From Spirochaetota bacterium (lineage in GTDB: Bacteria; Spirochaetota; UBA12135; COTS27; CBDBHE01): a stretch of DNA of 64,000 bases. The stretch is taken from the NCBI GenBank assembly GCA_965205605.1, contig CBDBHE010000007.1, positions 320,001 through 384,000 of the forward strand. The letters are read 5' to 3'. The notes below the pieces were generated by a model that was given only the letters and a program-made list of their open reading frames with translations, searched no databases and had not been told where the DNA came from. Positions 50,427 to 61,469 of the stretch are shown here, one piece after another. Position 1 is the stretch's first letter; each line of letters begins with the position of its first letter. Both the position numbers and the translations under genes were made by a program.

Positions 50427-52865
50427 ATGGAAAAAACCCTTATTATTACTGAAAAACCAAGTGTTGCCGCTGATGTGGTAAAAGCTTTAAAAGAAAATTT
50501 TGACAAACAAAAAACACATTATGAAAATGAACGTTATCTTGTTTCATTTGCTTTAGGACATTTACTGACCATTTGTGAGCCTCAAGAAATGGATGAAAAA
50601 TATAAATCTTGGTCATTTAAAGCACTGCCGATCTTACCTAAAAAATATTTATTAAAACCGATTCCCACTAGTAGAGGGCAATTAAAAATTTTAGCCAGTT
50701 TAATTAAGAAAAAAGAAGTAACGCACATTATTAATGCCTGTGATGCGGGAAGAGAAGGTGAGCTGATTTTTAGATACATCATGGAATATGTCCCCAAGAA
50801 ATCAATAGAAGGTAAAAAACTCAGTCGTCTTTGGCTACAAAGTATGACTCAAGAGGCTATTAAGGAAGGCCTTGAAAACTTAAAAGAAGATAAAGAACTG
50901 ATCGCCTTATCGAATGCAGCGAAAAGTCGATCGGAAGCAGATTGGTTAATTGGGATTAATGGCTCCAGAGGGCTGACGAGCTATATTTCCAAATATGGAG
51001 GATTTTTTATTACTCCTTGTGGGCGAGTACAAACACCGACGCTTTCGATTATTGTTAAAAGAGAAAATGAAAGAAAAAATTTTGTTAATCAAAATTATTG
51101 GAATATTTTTGCTCAATTTGAAAGCGGAAAGCAAACGTATGAAGGGAAGTGGTTTGATGCTAAGTTTAAAAAAAAGAAGCAAGAAGAAGCTCAAAATCCT
51201 GAAAGACTATGGGATAAAAAAAAAGTCGAAAGAATCATTGAAAATTGTGATAACAAACAAGGCCATGTCGATGAAAAAATAAGAACCTCTTTTCAAAAAA
51301 GTCCTTTACTCTATGATTTAACCACGCTACAAAGAGAAGCCAATAGTCGTTTTGGGTTTTCGGCAAAGCAAACGCTTTCGATTGCGCAGGCCTTGTATGA
51401 AAGACATAAGGTGTTAACGTATCCTAGAACCAGTAGTCGGTATTTGCCAGAAGATTATTTGGGGGTCATCAAGCAACTGTTTTTAGGATTAAAAGACAGG
51501 GGTCGCACTGGAAAGTTTGCGAAAATTGCTTTAGAGAAAGGTTATGTTAAATTTGACAAAAGAGTGTTTAATAATCAAAAAGTCTCAGATCACCATGCGA
51601 TTATTCCAACAAATAAAATTCCTGGAAAGCTCAAGGAAGGAGAGCAAAAAATTCACCAAATGGTCATCCAAAGAACACTGGCAATTTTTTATCCTCCTGC
51701 TAAATACTTATTAACGACTCGCATTTCCACCATTAATGAACACACGTTTAAAACAGAAGGAAAGATTTTAAAAGAAGCTGCTTGGAAAGCCATCTACGGG
51801 AGTACTAAAGCCAATACGCTCTTACAACCTTTACAAGAAACGACAACACTCGCAAAAAAAGTGACTTACGAACAAAATCAAACAAAACCCCCGGGAAGAT
51901 TTACAGAGTCTTCATTGCTTTCTGCTATGGAAGGGGCTGGGAAGTTCGTTGAAAATGAAGAACTTAAAGAAGCTTTAAAAGAAAGAGGCATCGGCACCCC
52001 AGCGACTCGTGCTCAAGTCATTGAAAAATTGATTAGTGATAAATATATCGTAAGAGAAGATAGAGCTTTAATCCCAACCACCAAAGCTTTCGAGCTCATT
52101 TCTCTTTTACAAGCGATGCATCTTCAAAACTTGCAATCTGCTGAATTAACGGGAAAATGGGAATATAAATTAACTTTGATTGAAAAAAATCAGCTTTCAA
52201 GAGAAACTTTTATGGATAGCATTAATGAAGAAGCCAAAAATATGATCGAAAAAATTAAGTCGTTTGATGAAGACACTACTAAAAAAGAAGCAACGTTTAG
52301 CCCAATTGACGGGGTGAAATATTATGAAACGATTATGCGTTATTTTTCAGAAGATAAATCACTTGTGATTCGAAAAATGATGGGAGGAAGAATTTTTTCT
52401 AATGAAGAAGTTTGCACTCTGATTAAAAAAGGAAAAATAGGTCCTTTGGAAGGGTTTCGTAGCAAGAGAGGCAATGCTTTTACCGCTTCGATTGTTTTAG
52501 AAAACAAAAAAGCCAAGTTTGTTTTTTCTAATAATCAAGTAGAAGACACCATTGATTTAAAAGAAGCTACTTTAGTGGGGCATTCTCCTATAGATAATAC
52601 AGAAGTCTATCAGACATTAAATGTCTATATTTCTAAATCTGCCATTGAAAAAAAAAATACCGGACTTAAAATTAATCGCATTATTTTAGGAAAAGAAATT
52701 ACAATTGAAAACATGAACAAAATTTTGAATAAAGAAAAAACAGAGCTCATTACAGGATTTAGATCTTCAAAAACCAAACGCCTTTTTGATGCGTACTTGC
52801 AACTCGATGAAAAAGGTAAAATCAAGTTTTCTTTTCCAGAAAAAAAAAAGAAAACTAAAAAATAA
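50427..52865 (+). CDS. topB: DNA topoisomerase III (type IA) with C-terminal repeats
   Basis: EKPSVA, NACDAGREGE, GRVQTPT, TYPRT, GTPATRA and C-terminal GFRS..FDA repeats. Confidence 0.9.
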   Translation: MEKTLIITEKPSVAADVVKALKENFDKQKTHYENERYLVSFALGHLLTICEPQEMDEKYKSWSFKALPILPKKYLLKPIPTSRGQLKILASLIKKKEVTHIINACDAGREGELIFRYIMEYVPKKSIEGKKLSRLWLQSMTQEAIKEGLENLKEDKELIALSNAAKSRSEADWLIGINGSRGLTSYISKYGGFFITPCGRVQTPTLSIIVKRENERKNFVNQNYWNIFAQFESGKQTYEGKWFDAKFKKKKQEEAQNPERLWDKKKVERIIENCDNKQGHVDEKIRTSFQKSPLLYDLTTLQREANSRFGFSAKQTLSIAQALYERHKVLTYPRTSSRYLPEDYLGVIKQLFLGLKDRGRTGKFAKIALEKGYVKFDKRVFNNQKVSDHHAIIPTNKIPGKLKEGEQKIHQMVIQRTLAIFYPPAKYLLTTRISTINEHTFKTEGKILKEAAWKAIYGSTKANTLLQPLQETTTLAKKVTYEQNQTKPPGRFTESSLLSAMEGAGKFVENEELKEALKERGIGTPATRAQVIEKLISDKYIVREDRALIPTTKAFELISLLQAMHLQNLQSAELTGKWEYKLTLIEKNQLSRETFMDSINEEAKNMIEKIKSFDEDTTKKEATFSPIDGVKYYETIMRYFSEDKSLVIRKMMGGRIFSNEEVCTLIKKGKIGPLEGFRSKRGNAFTASIVLENKKAKFVFSNNQVEDTIDLKEATLVGHSPIDNTEVYQTLNVYISKSAIEKKNTGLKINRIILGKEITIENMNKILNKEKTELITGFRSSKTKRLFDAYLQLDEKGKIKFSFPEKKKKTKK

Positions 52866-54356
52866 ATGATTTCTAAACAAACTTTTAAACAACCTAAGAT
52901 AATTGTCTTAATGGCTTTTTTATTAGGTTGTCTTGTTTTATTAGCGTTCATTTTAAAAGGTCTATTTTCACTTGAAAATGGCAATTATTATGATACGGTG
53001 ATTATTAACGGGCGAGTGATTGATCCAGAGAAAAAAATCAATACAATTTTAAATATAGGCGTTCGTCAAGGGATGATTAAAACCATTACGACCAATCATA
53101 TTAATGGAAAAAAAGTCATTAATGCCAGTGGTTTGGTAGTGGCTCCTGGGTTTATTAATTTGCATGTGCATACGATGGATAATGAAACCTTTAGGCTTTT
53201 AGCTCATGACGGGGTTTCTAGTGCTTTAGAATTAGAAGGTGGCCATTATAATATTGATCAGTTTTATCAATCAAGAAATGGCAAGTCGTATCTTAACTAT
53301 GGCACTAGTGTCGGCCACATGCCAACCCGAATGCACCTCTATGAAGATCCAGGGGATATGATTGCAAGTGGTCCTGCAGCCATTCAAAAAGCAACCAAAC
53401 AAGAGCTTCTTTTTATTTTAAAAGCAATTGAAAAAGGACTCTCAAAAGGAGCTTTAGGGATTGGGTTTGCCTTAGCCTATACGCCGGGAGCTTCTGAATA
53501 TGAAATCTTAGAAGCTTTTCGTTTATCCGCAAGATATCAAGCCCCTGCTTTTGTACACACAAGATTTTCAGGTAGCAATAGTTTACGAGGACTGATGGAA
53601 GTCATCGCATACTCATCGATCACTCGTGCTCCTTTACATATTCATCATATTACTAGCACAGGGGGAAAATATTCTCTTGGTCTTTTAAAAATCATTGAAG
53701 AAGTAAACGCCAAAAGCCAGCTAAATATCACCACTGAAGTTTATCCTTATACCAAAGGAATGACGAGTATTCAAGCCAATTTTTTTAAACAAGAACATTT
53801 TCTAAATAAAAAAATCTTTAAATACAAAGAATTTCTTTACGTTAAAACAGGTGAACTCTTAAACGAAACCAACTTTGATGCTTATCAAAAACAAGGTGGA
53901 TGGGTGGTCTTTGGCAACATTCCAAAACAAGTCGTTGATAAAGCCGTTTTACACCCGATGGTGATGATAGCAAGTGATACAATTTTAGTAGATGGGAAGG
54001 GGCATCCAAGAAATGCAGGTAGTTTTTCAAAAATACTACGATATTATGTAAGGGAGAAAAAATGGTTAAATCTTAGTGAAGCCATTGAGAAAATGACATT
54101 GATGCCGGCAAAAAGACTGGAGACAAGAGCTCCTATCATGAAACGCAAAGGACGCATTCAAATAGGTGCTCATGCTGACATTACAATCTTTAACCCCGAG
54201 CTCATTAGTGATCAGTCAACGTATCAAAATCCATCTTCCCCATCAAAAGGAGTTGAGTACCTTCTTATTATGGGGGAGCTTCTTATTGACAAGGGAAACT
54301 TTAACCCCAATGTTTATCCTGGAAAAGCCATTAGAGCCCCTAGACAAAAAATGTGA
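52866..54356 (+). CDS. Amidohydrolase (D-aminoacylase / N-acyl-D-glutamate deacylase-like), N-terminal membrane anchor
   Basis: APGFINLHVH, ASD, GHPRNAGSF and GRIQIGAHAD motifs. Confidence 0.85.
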   Translation: MISKQTFKQPKIIVLMAFLLGCLVLLAFILKGLFSLENGNYYDTVIINGRVIDPEKKINTILNIGVRQGMIKTITTNHINGKKVINASGLVVAPGFINLHVHTMDNETFRLLAHDGVSSALELEGGHYNIDQFYQSRNGKSYLNYGTSVGHMPTRMHLYEDPGDMIASGPAAIQKATKQELLFILKAIEKGLSKGALGIGFALAYTPGASEYEILEAFRLSARYQAPAFVHTRFSGSNSLRGLMEVIAYSSITRAPLHIHHITSTGGKYSLGLLKIIEEVNAKSQLNITTEVYPYTKGMTSIQANFFKQEHFLNKKIFKYKEFLYVKTGELLNETNFDAYQKQGGWVVFGNIPKQVVDKAVLHPMVMIASDTILVDGKGHPRNAGSFSKILRYYVREKKWLNLSEAIEKMTLMPAKRLETRAPIMKRKGRIQIGAHADITIFNPELISDQSTYQNPSSPSKGVEYLLIMGELLIDKGNFNPNVYPGKAIRAPRQKM

Positions 54357-54389
54357 TTTTTTTAAAAAATAAATAATGATAGAGGTTTA

Positions 54390-55673
54390 ATGATGAGTTG
54401 TGATGTCGTGCTAGGCGGTCAGTGGGGAGATGAAGGAAAAGCAAAAATTATTGATGCGATTTGTAAAAATTACCAAGTCGTTAGCCGTTATCAAGGAGGA
54501 GCTAATGCAGGGCATACGGTTTATAATGCAGAAAATAAAAAATATGTTTTCCATCTTTTTCCTTCTGGGATTTTAAATGACAATACAATTTGCGTCATTG
54601 CCAATGGTGCTGTCTTAGAAATTGAAGCCTTTTTAGAAGAAGCAACTTTACTTCGAAAAAATAAGATTCGTTTTGAAAATAAAATTAAAATTAGTTCTCA
54701 ATGTTTTTTAGTCTTACCTTTTCATAAAATTCTCGATGAAGCCAAAGAAAAAAAAAGAAAAAAACAATTTTTTATTGGGACCACTAAAAAAGGAATTGGC
54801 CCCGCCTATATTGATAAATATAGTCGTATCGGGATACGCGTTTCTGACTTAAAATACCCAAACCAACTTAAAGAAAAACTAGAAGAAAATGTAAAGGAAA
54901 AAAATATAATGTTAAAACATTATCACAACGAAAAAGAAATTGATATCAAGCCCATCTTTAACACTCTCATAAAACAATATGAACTTATCAAACCCTTTGT
55001 CATTGAAAGTCCTTTTTACTTTAACCAAATCCTCAAAGAAGGTAAAAAAATCCTACTTGAAGGAGCTCAAGGGAGTGGATTGGACATTGATTTTGGAACG
55101 TATCCGTATGTGACAAGCTCTTCACCCACTTCTGCTGGAGCTTGTACTGGGACAGGAATTGGGGTTAAAAAAATTAATGAAATTATAGGAGTTTTTAAAG
55201 CTTATATTACTCGAGTGGGCCAAGGGCCTTTACCCACTAAATTGCCAGAAGATCGTATTGAACAACTACGAAAATATGGATGTGAATTTGGGGCCACAAC
55301 AGGTAGAGCCAGAGAATGTGGTTGGTTTGACACCATTCAAGCAAAATACAGCATTATCATCAATAACATCACCTCCATTGCTTTAACAAAGCTAGATGTT
55401 TTAGATCATTATGAAGTGATTAAAGTTTGTACTCATTATCTTTTAGGTGAGAAAAAAATAGAAAACTTCCCCTTAAACACCAACCTCTTAAAAAAAGTAA
55501 AACCTGTTTATGAAGAATTACCCGGTTGGCAAGAAAAAACAAGCCATATTAAAGACTTTGATGCTCTTCCTAAAAACGCTAAAAACTATATTCTTTGTAT
55601 TGAAAAGCACCTCGATTGTCCCATCAAGTTTATTTCTAATGGACCAAATCGTTTATCGCTTATTTACCGATAA
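54390..55673 (+). CDS. purA: Adenylosuccinate synthetase
   Basis: QWGDEGKAK, GGANAGHT, GIGPAY, EGAQG and GATTGRAR motifs. Confidence 0.98.
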   Translation: MMSCDVVLGGQWGDEGKAKIIDAICKNYQVVSRYQGGANAGHTVYNAENKKYVFHLFPSGILNDNTICVIANGAVLEIEAFLEEATLLRKNKIRFENKIKISSQCFLVLPFHKILDEAKEKKRKKQFFIGTTKKGIGPAYIDKYSRIGIRVSDLKYPNQLKEKLEENVKEKNIMLKHYHNEKEIDIKPIFNTLIKQYELIKPFVIESPFYFNQILKEGKKILLEGAQGSGLDIDFGTYPYVTSSSPTSAGACTGTGIGVKKINEIIGVFKAYITRVGQGPLPTKLPEDRIEQLRKYGCEFGATTGRARECGWFDTIQAKYSIIINNITSIALTKLDVLDHYEVIKVCTHYLLGEKKIENFPLNTNLLKKVKPVYEELPGWQEKTSHIKDFDALPKNAKNYILCIEKHLDCPIKFISNGPNRLSLIYR

Positions 55674-56333
55674 AGACACCGTTATCACATAAAGGACATA
55701 CACAGCACCTTTACTAAGATCAATCGTTTGTAAACGATACGTTATTTTTCTACCATCCCTGCGATCGGTATACAACTTATCTTCTTTTAAATTAGCTAAA
55801 TGCTCATAAATGCTTTTAGAAAAAAGAGCAAAATAGTCTTCTTTTTCTTCAGTAAATTGAGTTTTGAATTCTTCAGCTTTTCGGTTTACATAAACCACTG
55901 CCAATTTAGAATTAAAAATAAAAATAGGTAATTTTAAAAAATCAAAAATGGTTTTATATTCTCCCAGACCAAGATTTAGAACAGGTCTAAAAGTAAGATT
56001 AAACTCTTCTTCTGAGTAAAGGTAAATACTTAAATCAAGTGAATTAACCGTTGGAATAATCACTGGTTCTTCAAGTTTATCGACTTTTTGAAAAAAATCC
56101 TCTAGTTGAAGATTTTCTAAAATACGACTTAGATTAGCCGTAAGAGGTTTTTTAAAAAACTCAACATGATTGGCTTGACGAAGGGTTTTCCCTTTTGAAA
56201 TATACCCTTTGATTTCATGATTTCGAATCACCGGGATACTATCTAAAGAATATTTAAAAAAAAGATTAAAAATATCTTCAGGAGTAATTTTTTTTGAAAA
56301 AAGAGAAGTTTGTTCTTTTGGACGATCTTTCAA
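55653..56333 (-). CDS. Hypothetical protein, possible CBS-like N-terminus and PAS-like C-terminus
   Basis: IPVI...GYISK; LPIFIFN..L..VYVNRKAE. Confidence 0.55.
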   Translation of the reverse strand: MKDRPKEQTSLFSKKITPEDIFNLFFKYSLDSIPVIRNHEIKGYISKGKTLRQANHVEFFKKPLTANLSRILENLQLEDFFQKVDKLEEPVIIPTVNSLDLSIYLYSEEEFNLTFRPVLNLGLGEYKTIFDFLKLPIFIFNSKLAVVYVNRKAEEFKTQFTEEKEDYFALFSKSIYEHLANLKEDKLYTDRRDGRKITYRLQTIDLSKGAVYVLYVITVSLSVNKR

Positions 56334-56364
56334 AATAAAGGACTTTTATTAAAAATCATGGATG

Positions 56365-56682
56365 CTATTTTTTTATTTTTTTCCCTTGAGAAAGCTCAAA
56401 TAAAAAAAGAGGCCAAGAAATTAACACCGGAACCGTAAAAATTGAAGCTGAAATAATGATTTCATTTTGATATTCTCCCGTTCTGTTCACTTGTACCAGC
56501 GTTAATAAAGGTAGCAATGTAATGATACCAAGCTCAAACAAGTTAGAAGAAGTTCGCTCTTTATCAATAGAAAGAATTTTATAAGGGAGGGTGTTTGATT
56601 TTTGAGTAAAAGCAAAGCTTAAACAACTTAAAAAAATTAAAACAATTATTTTCTCTTTCATGGATAAAAAATCATTCCTCAC
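56365..56682 (-). CDS. Small hypothetical membrane protein
   Basis: Signal-like N-terminus and two hydrophobic segments. Confidence 0.45.
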   Translation of the reverse strand: MRNDFLSMKEKIIVLIFLSCLSFAFTQKSNTLPYKILSIDKERTSSNLFELGIITLLPLLTLVQVNRTGEYQNEIIISASIFTVPVLISWPLFLFELSQGKKIKK

Positions 56683-56782
56683 TCACTACCCTCTATTATA
56701 GTATCGAAAGAAAAAGAAATTAACCAAAACAACGATATAAATTCACACAAAAGTTATAAGTTTACAAAAAATTTTTATGATA

Positions 56783-57505
56783 TTAATGAGATCGCCATAA
56801 AGCATTAATTTTATCTTCTATTTTTTTCCCCATGGCTTTAATGAGCTGTTTGCTGCCTTCGATGAGTTTTTCTTCGACTTCGAGTTCCCCAACGATTTTG
56901 GTTTGCTCTTCTAAAGGAAGAATAGGTAGAAATAATTGTTTTAGTTCTTTAAACCCACTTTTTACACATACCTCTTTTTTAATACTACTATTAAAGGGAC
57001 CTCTTAATAAATCAATAACATCATCAAATTTTTTAAGTGGGTATTTAAAAGGTTTGGATTTTTCTTCACTGAGAAGTTTTAAAAATAAAACATTCGCAAA
57101 TTCATTAAATGGATCAAGCCCAGCTCGTAACCCTTCCCCTCTTAAAATATTATTAATTTCATCAAAAAGTGTGATTAAATCACCTCTATTTTTAATGCTC
57201 TCTTTATCGATGGTAAAAGCTTCATGCCTTCTCGTTTTTAAAAACTCTAAAGCTTCACGATGTCGTAACAATTCTTTGACTTCTTTATTATTAAGTTTTA
57301 AACGCTCGCCATGATATAAATATCTTGTTTCACAGTGTGATCCATTAGAGGCAAATATCAAAGGAACACCTAAAGCTTTAGCATAGCCTACTGCTTTTTT
57401 TTCACTACTAGGGTCTAAAGTCCAACCTTTGTTTTTTAGATTTTAATCGATGATATATCTAACAGTTGTTTCTTGAAAAGCAGAGTCAATATTAATGATT
57501 TCAAA
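56783..57505 (-). pseudogene. Collapsed remnant of a fused restriction-modification (R-M-S) gene
   Basis: One frame with an internal TAA at 57443-57445: ETTVRYIID*NLKNKGW and AVGYAKALGVPLIFASNG (HsdR-N), NNILRGEG...FNEFANVLFLKL (HsdM-N), RGPFNSSIKK and LPLEEQTKIV (HsdS). The methylase core is absent. Confidence 0.8.
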
Positions 57506-57634
57506 GAAAAATTTGAATCACAAAAAAAATAGAAGATGATGACATCCTTACCACTTCACAATTCAAAATAAGTCTCTAAAACAAATAAGTTTTTTTACTT
57601 TTTTTGGATCAACTTGTATCTAGTAATAGCTACC

Positions 57635-58708
57635 TTAATAAACATTAAGTAGTAATTCTCCTATCATTTCCACTTGTTCATTAGTTAAAGTAGGATACAG
57701 AGGCAAACAAAGTGTTTTTCTTTGTAAAAAGCTGGCCTGAGGTAAGGAAGATTGAAAATGGTTTTCATCTTCAAAAAAAGGGGTTTTAAAAATAGCCTTT
57801 AAGCCAATCCGGTAAGACTGAAAAAAATCAATCATGATTTTCTGAGATCCTTCTACTTTAATGGGGAAAAAGCCAAAATGATACTCTGCTTGCTTATTTA
57901 AAGAGAAGGTTTGATGGGCACTTTTACTAAGGGCTTTAAAATAAAACTCTGTGATTTCTTGTCTTCTTTTAATAAATCGCTCAATGAGAGAAAGCTCTGA
58001 TAAACCAATGGCCGCATGAATATCGGTTGTAGAAAAATTGAGCCTTGCTTTAAGAGATTTATTTTCTTTGAAAGCCAACAAAGCTTTAAAATGATCTGAG
58101 CGTTTAGCAGATAAAGCTCCCCCTTGAGCCATGGTAATCATTCGTTTTGGGCTAAAAGAAAAAAATGAAAAATCTCCCTTTAAACCCAATTTTTGACCTT
58201 TAAGCCCGCATCCCAAAGCGTTGGAGCAATCTTCAATAATCACAGGAGCTGTTGTGTTTTGCTTTAAAGGCAACTGGTCTAAATCAAAAGGATAGCCTAA
58301 GTGATGGGTAATAATGATGGCTTTTGTATTTTCAGTTTGTTTTTTCAGGAGATCGTCCCGATTGATTTCAAGGGAATCTGGATGGACATCGACTAAAATT
58401 GGGGTAACTTGAAATAAGTAAAGAATTTCTAAGATGAAAGATTCTCCTAGAGCACTTAAAAGAACTTCATCTCCTTTTTTTAAGTTAATCGTTTTGCAAA
58501 TCAAATACAAAGCAGAAGAAGCATGATTGACAAGAAGGATTTTTTTAGTTCCTAAATATCGAGCTAATTGTTTTTCTAATTTTTTAGTTAATGACCCTTC
58601 TGAGATGTGATCGGTCAACATACATTCTAAAACACCAATGAGATCTTTTTTGGAAATAGTTGGTTTCGAATAAGGAATGGCAGATTTTTGATTTTTTATA
58701 GCTAACAT
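57635..58708 (-). CDS. DegT/DnrJ/EryC1/StrS family aminotransferase-like protein
   Basis: IPYSKP, GDEV, IIEDCSNALG, FSFSPKRMITMAQGG and LPLYPTL motifs. Confidence 0.85.
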   Translation of the reverse strand: MLAIKNQKSAIPYSKPTISKKDLIGVLECMLTDHISEGSLTKKLEKQLARYLGTKKILLVNHASSALYLICKTINLKKGDEVLLSALGESFILEILYLFQVTPILVDVHPDSLEINRDDLLKKQTENTKAIIITHHLGYPFDLDQLPLKQNTTAPVIIEDCSNALGCGLKGQKLGLKGDFSFFSFSPKRMITMAQGGALSAKRSDHFKALLAFKENKSLKARLNFSTTDIHAAIGLSELSLIERFIKRRQEITEFYFKALSKSAHQTFSLNKQAEYHFGFFPIKVEGSQKIMIDFFQSYRIGLKAIFKTPFFEDENHFQSSLPQASFLQRKTLCLPLYPTLTNEQVEMIGELLLNVY

Positions 58709-58711
58709 GAT

Positions 58712-61312
58712 CTAAACCGAATTACGACTTGCATTAATATTAGCTGCAAGAGATTTAATGATCATTTTTTCATAAATACCAAGTAATTGTTTATCCCCTG
58801 TTTCTTTTTTACTCTTAATTAGAGCATACTGTTGAATGACTAAAAGAGGTAAAACAATTTTTTCTCTTAATTCGATTGATTCTCGAATGACTTCATTTTG
58901 TTCTAATAATTTTTTCATCGAAGAAATTTTTTTAAGATTTTTTTTTGAAAGCATACTTTCTGCAAAAATTTTTTCCCAAAAAGCATGAAAGATTTTATCA
59001 TTTTTTAAGTAAGCAGTAAGAGGAAAAAAAGTTTTCTTCAAAGATTGCATACTATTTTCAACTAAAGTTTTAAAAAAAAGAGATTTTTGATAGAGATTTT
59101 TAAGTAAATCAAAAAGACCTTCTTTTTCAATGGCTTCAATCCCCCAGCCAAACCCAAAAAATCCAGGAATGTTTTGTTTCATTTGACTCCAAGCTCCTAC
59201 AAAAGGGATCGCTCTTAAATGTTCGAAATTCAGCTTTTTACTTTGTTGACGACTTGCTGGGCGACTGGCGATGTTTAACTTGCTATAATACGAAAGCGGT
59301 GTTTTTTGTTCTAAATAATCAACAAAAAGAGGGTCGCCTCTAAAAGAAAGATAATGCTTTAAACAATGATTAGAAAGTTGTGTCATGATTTTTTTTTCCT
59401 TCTCATTAAAAGCTTTTTTGTCTTTATCAAATAAACGATTTTCCAGTCCAGCACAAAGTAGTTGCTCTAAATTAAAATAACAAGAACTAAACGATCCAAA
59501 ATTAGAGCTAATAGTTTGCCCTTGTATGGTAAGCTGGATTTGTTTGTCTTCGATTTGATCCCCAAAAGCACGATAAAACTTATACGTATTGCCTCCTCCT
59601 CTAGCTGGAGGCCCCCCCCTGCCATCAAAAAAAATAATTTTAATCCCATACGTTCTAGAAAGATTGGTTAGATTTTCTTTAGCTTGAAAAATAGACCAAT
59701 TAGCGGCAACATACCCCCCATCTTTCGTACCATCAGAAAAACCAACCATGATTGTTTGACAATGATCCCTAAACTCAAGATGTTTTTTATAAAACTCATT
59801 TTGATACAAGTTTTCCATAATTTTTGGAGCATTCTTAAGATCGTCAATCGTTTCAAAAAGAGGCACAATATCTAATAAAATACCCTTTGATTCTTTTTCT
59901 TTACAAAAGTGTAAAAGAAATAACACTTCAAAAAGATCTAAATCACTTTGCGTGTTACTGATAATATAACGATTTAGCCCTCTTAATCCATTTTGATTTT
60001 GAATATAAAAGGCTTCTTTCATTGAAAGCAGTGTTTCTTCTGTGAGCTCATAACCATAGTCTATTTTTTTTACAAAAAGACCTCCTTTAAAAGATTTAAG
60101 TAAATCAATTAAAAAAAACTTTTTCTTTTTTTCATCTAAAGCATGGTATTCCAACAAAATATTCTCTCCAAAAGCATGTTTTAAAACATCTTCCAAAACC
60201 TTTTCAAGGACCCGACTATCTTGCCTTAAATCAATAGAAGCAAAATAAAAACCAAAAATAGATACTTTGATAATAAGCTCATCGACAAAATTTAAAAAAA
60301 GACTATTGTGTTCTTTTTTCAAAAGAGAACGCACTCGTTTGAGATCACTTAAAAAGTCATCCACTTTTTTATAAGCAGTTTTTTGATTTAATAAAGCAAA
60401 CAGTTTTAACTGGATTTCTTTTAATAAATCAAAAACACCTTCAAAAGTCAAACGACGCATTAAAACATTTAAATCTTTAAGATAGAGTTTGATAATACTT
60501 TTTTTTAAAAGAAAGGCAACCCTTTGAGTGGTTTTAAAAGTAACGAAAGGATTGCCATCTCTGTCTCCTCCAGGCCAAAAGCCAAATTCAATAATAGGGC
60601 TTGAAAAAGATTCGATGCCTTGATTGCTTTCCATTAAAAGATTTTTGTGTAATCTTGGGACCACTTGATAAAAAATATTTTTTAAATACCAAATTAATGT
60701 TTGAGCTTCATTAATCGGGGTTGGTTTTTGCTTGTTTCTAAAAGACGTTTTTCCCATTTGAAGTAAAAGATTATAAATCATTCCCAAGTCGTTTTTATTG
60801 ATTGCTTTACTCAAATCTTTAATAATACTTAAAATATTTTTTGAATAAAATTGAGTAGGATGAGCTGTTAAAACAACTCGGACTTTAAAATCATTTAAGA
60901 CTTTTTTAAGCTCTGCTTCTTTTTTACCCAAGCGTACTTGTAATAAAAAAGCCTGCATCGTCCCTTCCCCCAAGCGATCATTAATTTGATTAAAAGCAGC
61001 GTCTTCTAAAGAATCAAAAAGCACAATTTGTCTTTCAACAAACTGCAAAAACTTAAAAAGTAAATTGTTTTTTTTATTTTGAATCTGGCCGTGATCTTGA
61101 AAAAAAGCATCGACAATCTCTTCAGGGCTTTGATTATTTTTAAGACCTTCTTCACAAGCTTTAGAAAAAAGAGGGAGTAAAATCCCTGCATTATCAACGC
61201 CTTCAAAAGGAAGTGTTAAAAAAAGACTATTATAAAGCTCGTACTTTATTTTGACTTGTTGTTTAAAAGCGGTAAGAAATTGATTCATAAAAAAACTATT
61301 AATTTTTAGCAA
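58712..61312 (-). CDS. ppc: Phosphoenolpyruvate carboxylase (ATG 61288 is an alternative start)
   Basis: VLTAHPT, GGDRDGNP, MVGFSDGTKDGG, GRGGPPARGGG and LRAIPF motifs. Confidence 0.96.
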   Translation of the reverse strand: MLKINSFFMNQFLTAFKQQVKIKYELYNSLFLTLPFEGVDNAGILLPLFSKACEEGLKNNQSPEEIVDAFFQDHGQIQNKKNNLLFKFLQFVERQIVLFDSLEDAAFNQINDRLGEGTMQAFLLQVRLGKKEAELKKVLNDFKVRVVLTAHPTQFYSKNILSIIKDLSKAINKNDLGMIYNLLLQMGKTSFRNKQKPTPINEAQTLIWYLKNIFYQVVPRLHKNLLMESNQGIESFSSPIIEFGFWPGGDRDGNPFVTFKTTQRVAFLLKKSIIKLYLKDLNVLMRRLTFEGVFDLLKEIQLKLFALLNQKTAYKKVDDFLSDLKRVRSLLKKEHNSLFLNFVDELIIKVSIFGFYFASIDLRQDSRVLEKVLEDVLKHAFGENILLEYHALDEKKKKFFLIDLLKSFKGGLFVKKIDYGYELTEETLLSMKEAFYIQNQNGLRGLNRYIISNTQSDLDLFEVLFLLHFCKEKESKGILLDIVPLFETIDDLKNAPKIMENLYQNEFYKKHLEFRDHCQTIMVGFSDGTKDGGYVAANWSIFQAKENLTNLSRTYGIKIIFFDGRGGPPARGGGNTYKFYRAFGDQIEDKQIQLTIQGQTISSNFGSFSSCYFNLEQLLCAGLENRLFDKDKKAFNEKEKKIMTQLSNHCLKHYLSFRGDPLFVDYLEQKTPLSYYSKLNIASRPASRQQSKKLNFEHLRAIPFVGAWSQMKQNIPGFFGFGWGIEAIEKEGLFDLLKNLYQKSLFFKTLVENSMQSLKKTFFPLTAYLKNDKIFHAFWEKIFAESMLSKKNLKKISSMKKLLEQNEVIRESIELREKIVLPLLVIQQYALIKSKKETGDKQLLGIYEKMIIKSLAANINASRNSV

Positions 61313-61469
61313 AAAAAAATATAAACGACATTACTTATATTTATAGATTATTTTTACATTTAAATAAGTTATTATAATATAAGCTTGTCTTTTAATAAAA
61401 AAGGATTACAAGTGCTTTTAATAAAAAAAAGATTTTTTTTGAGAGCATGCCTTGAACATTCCTTTTTAG

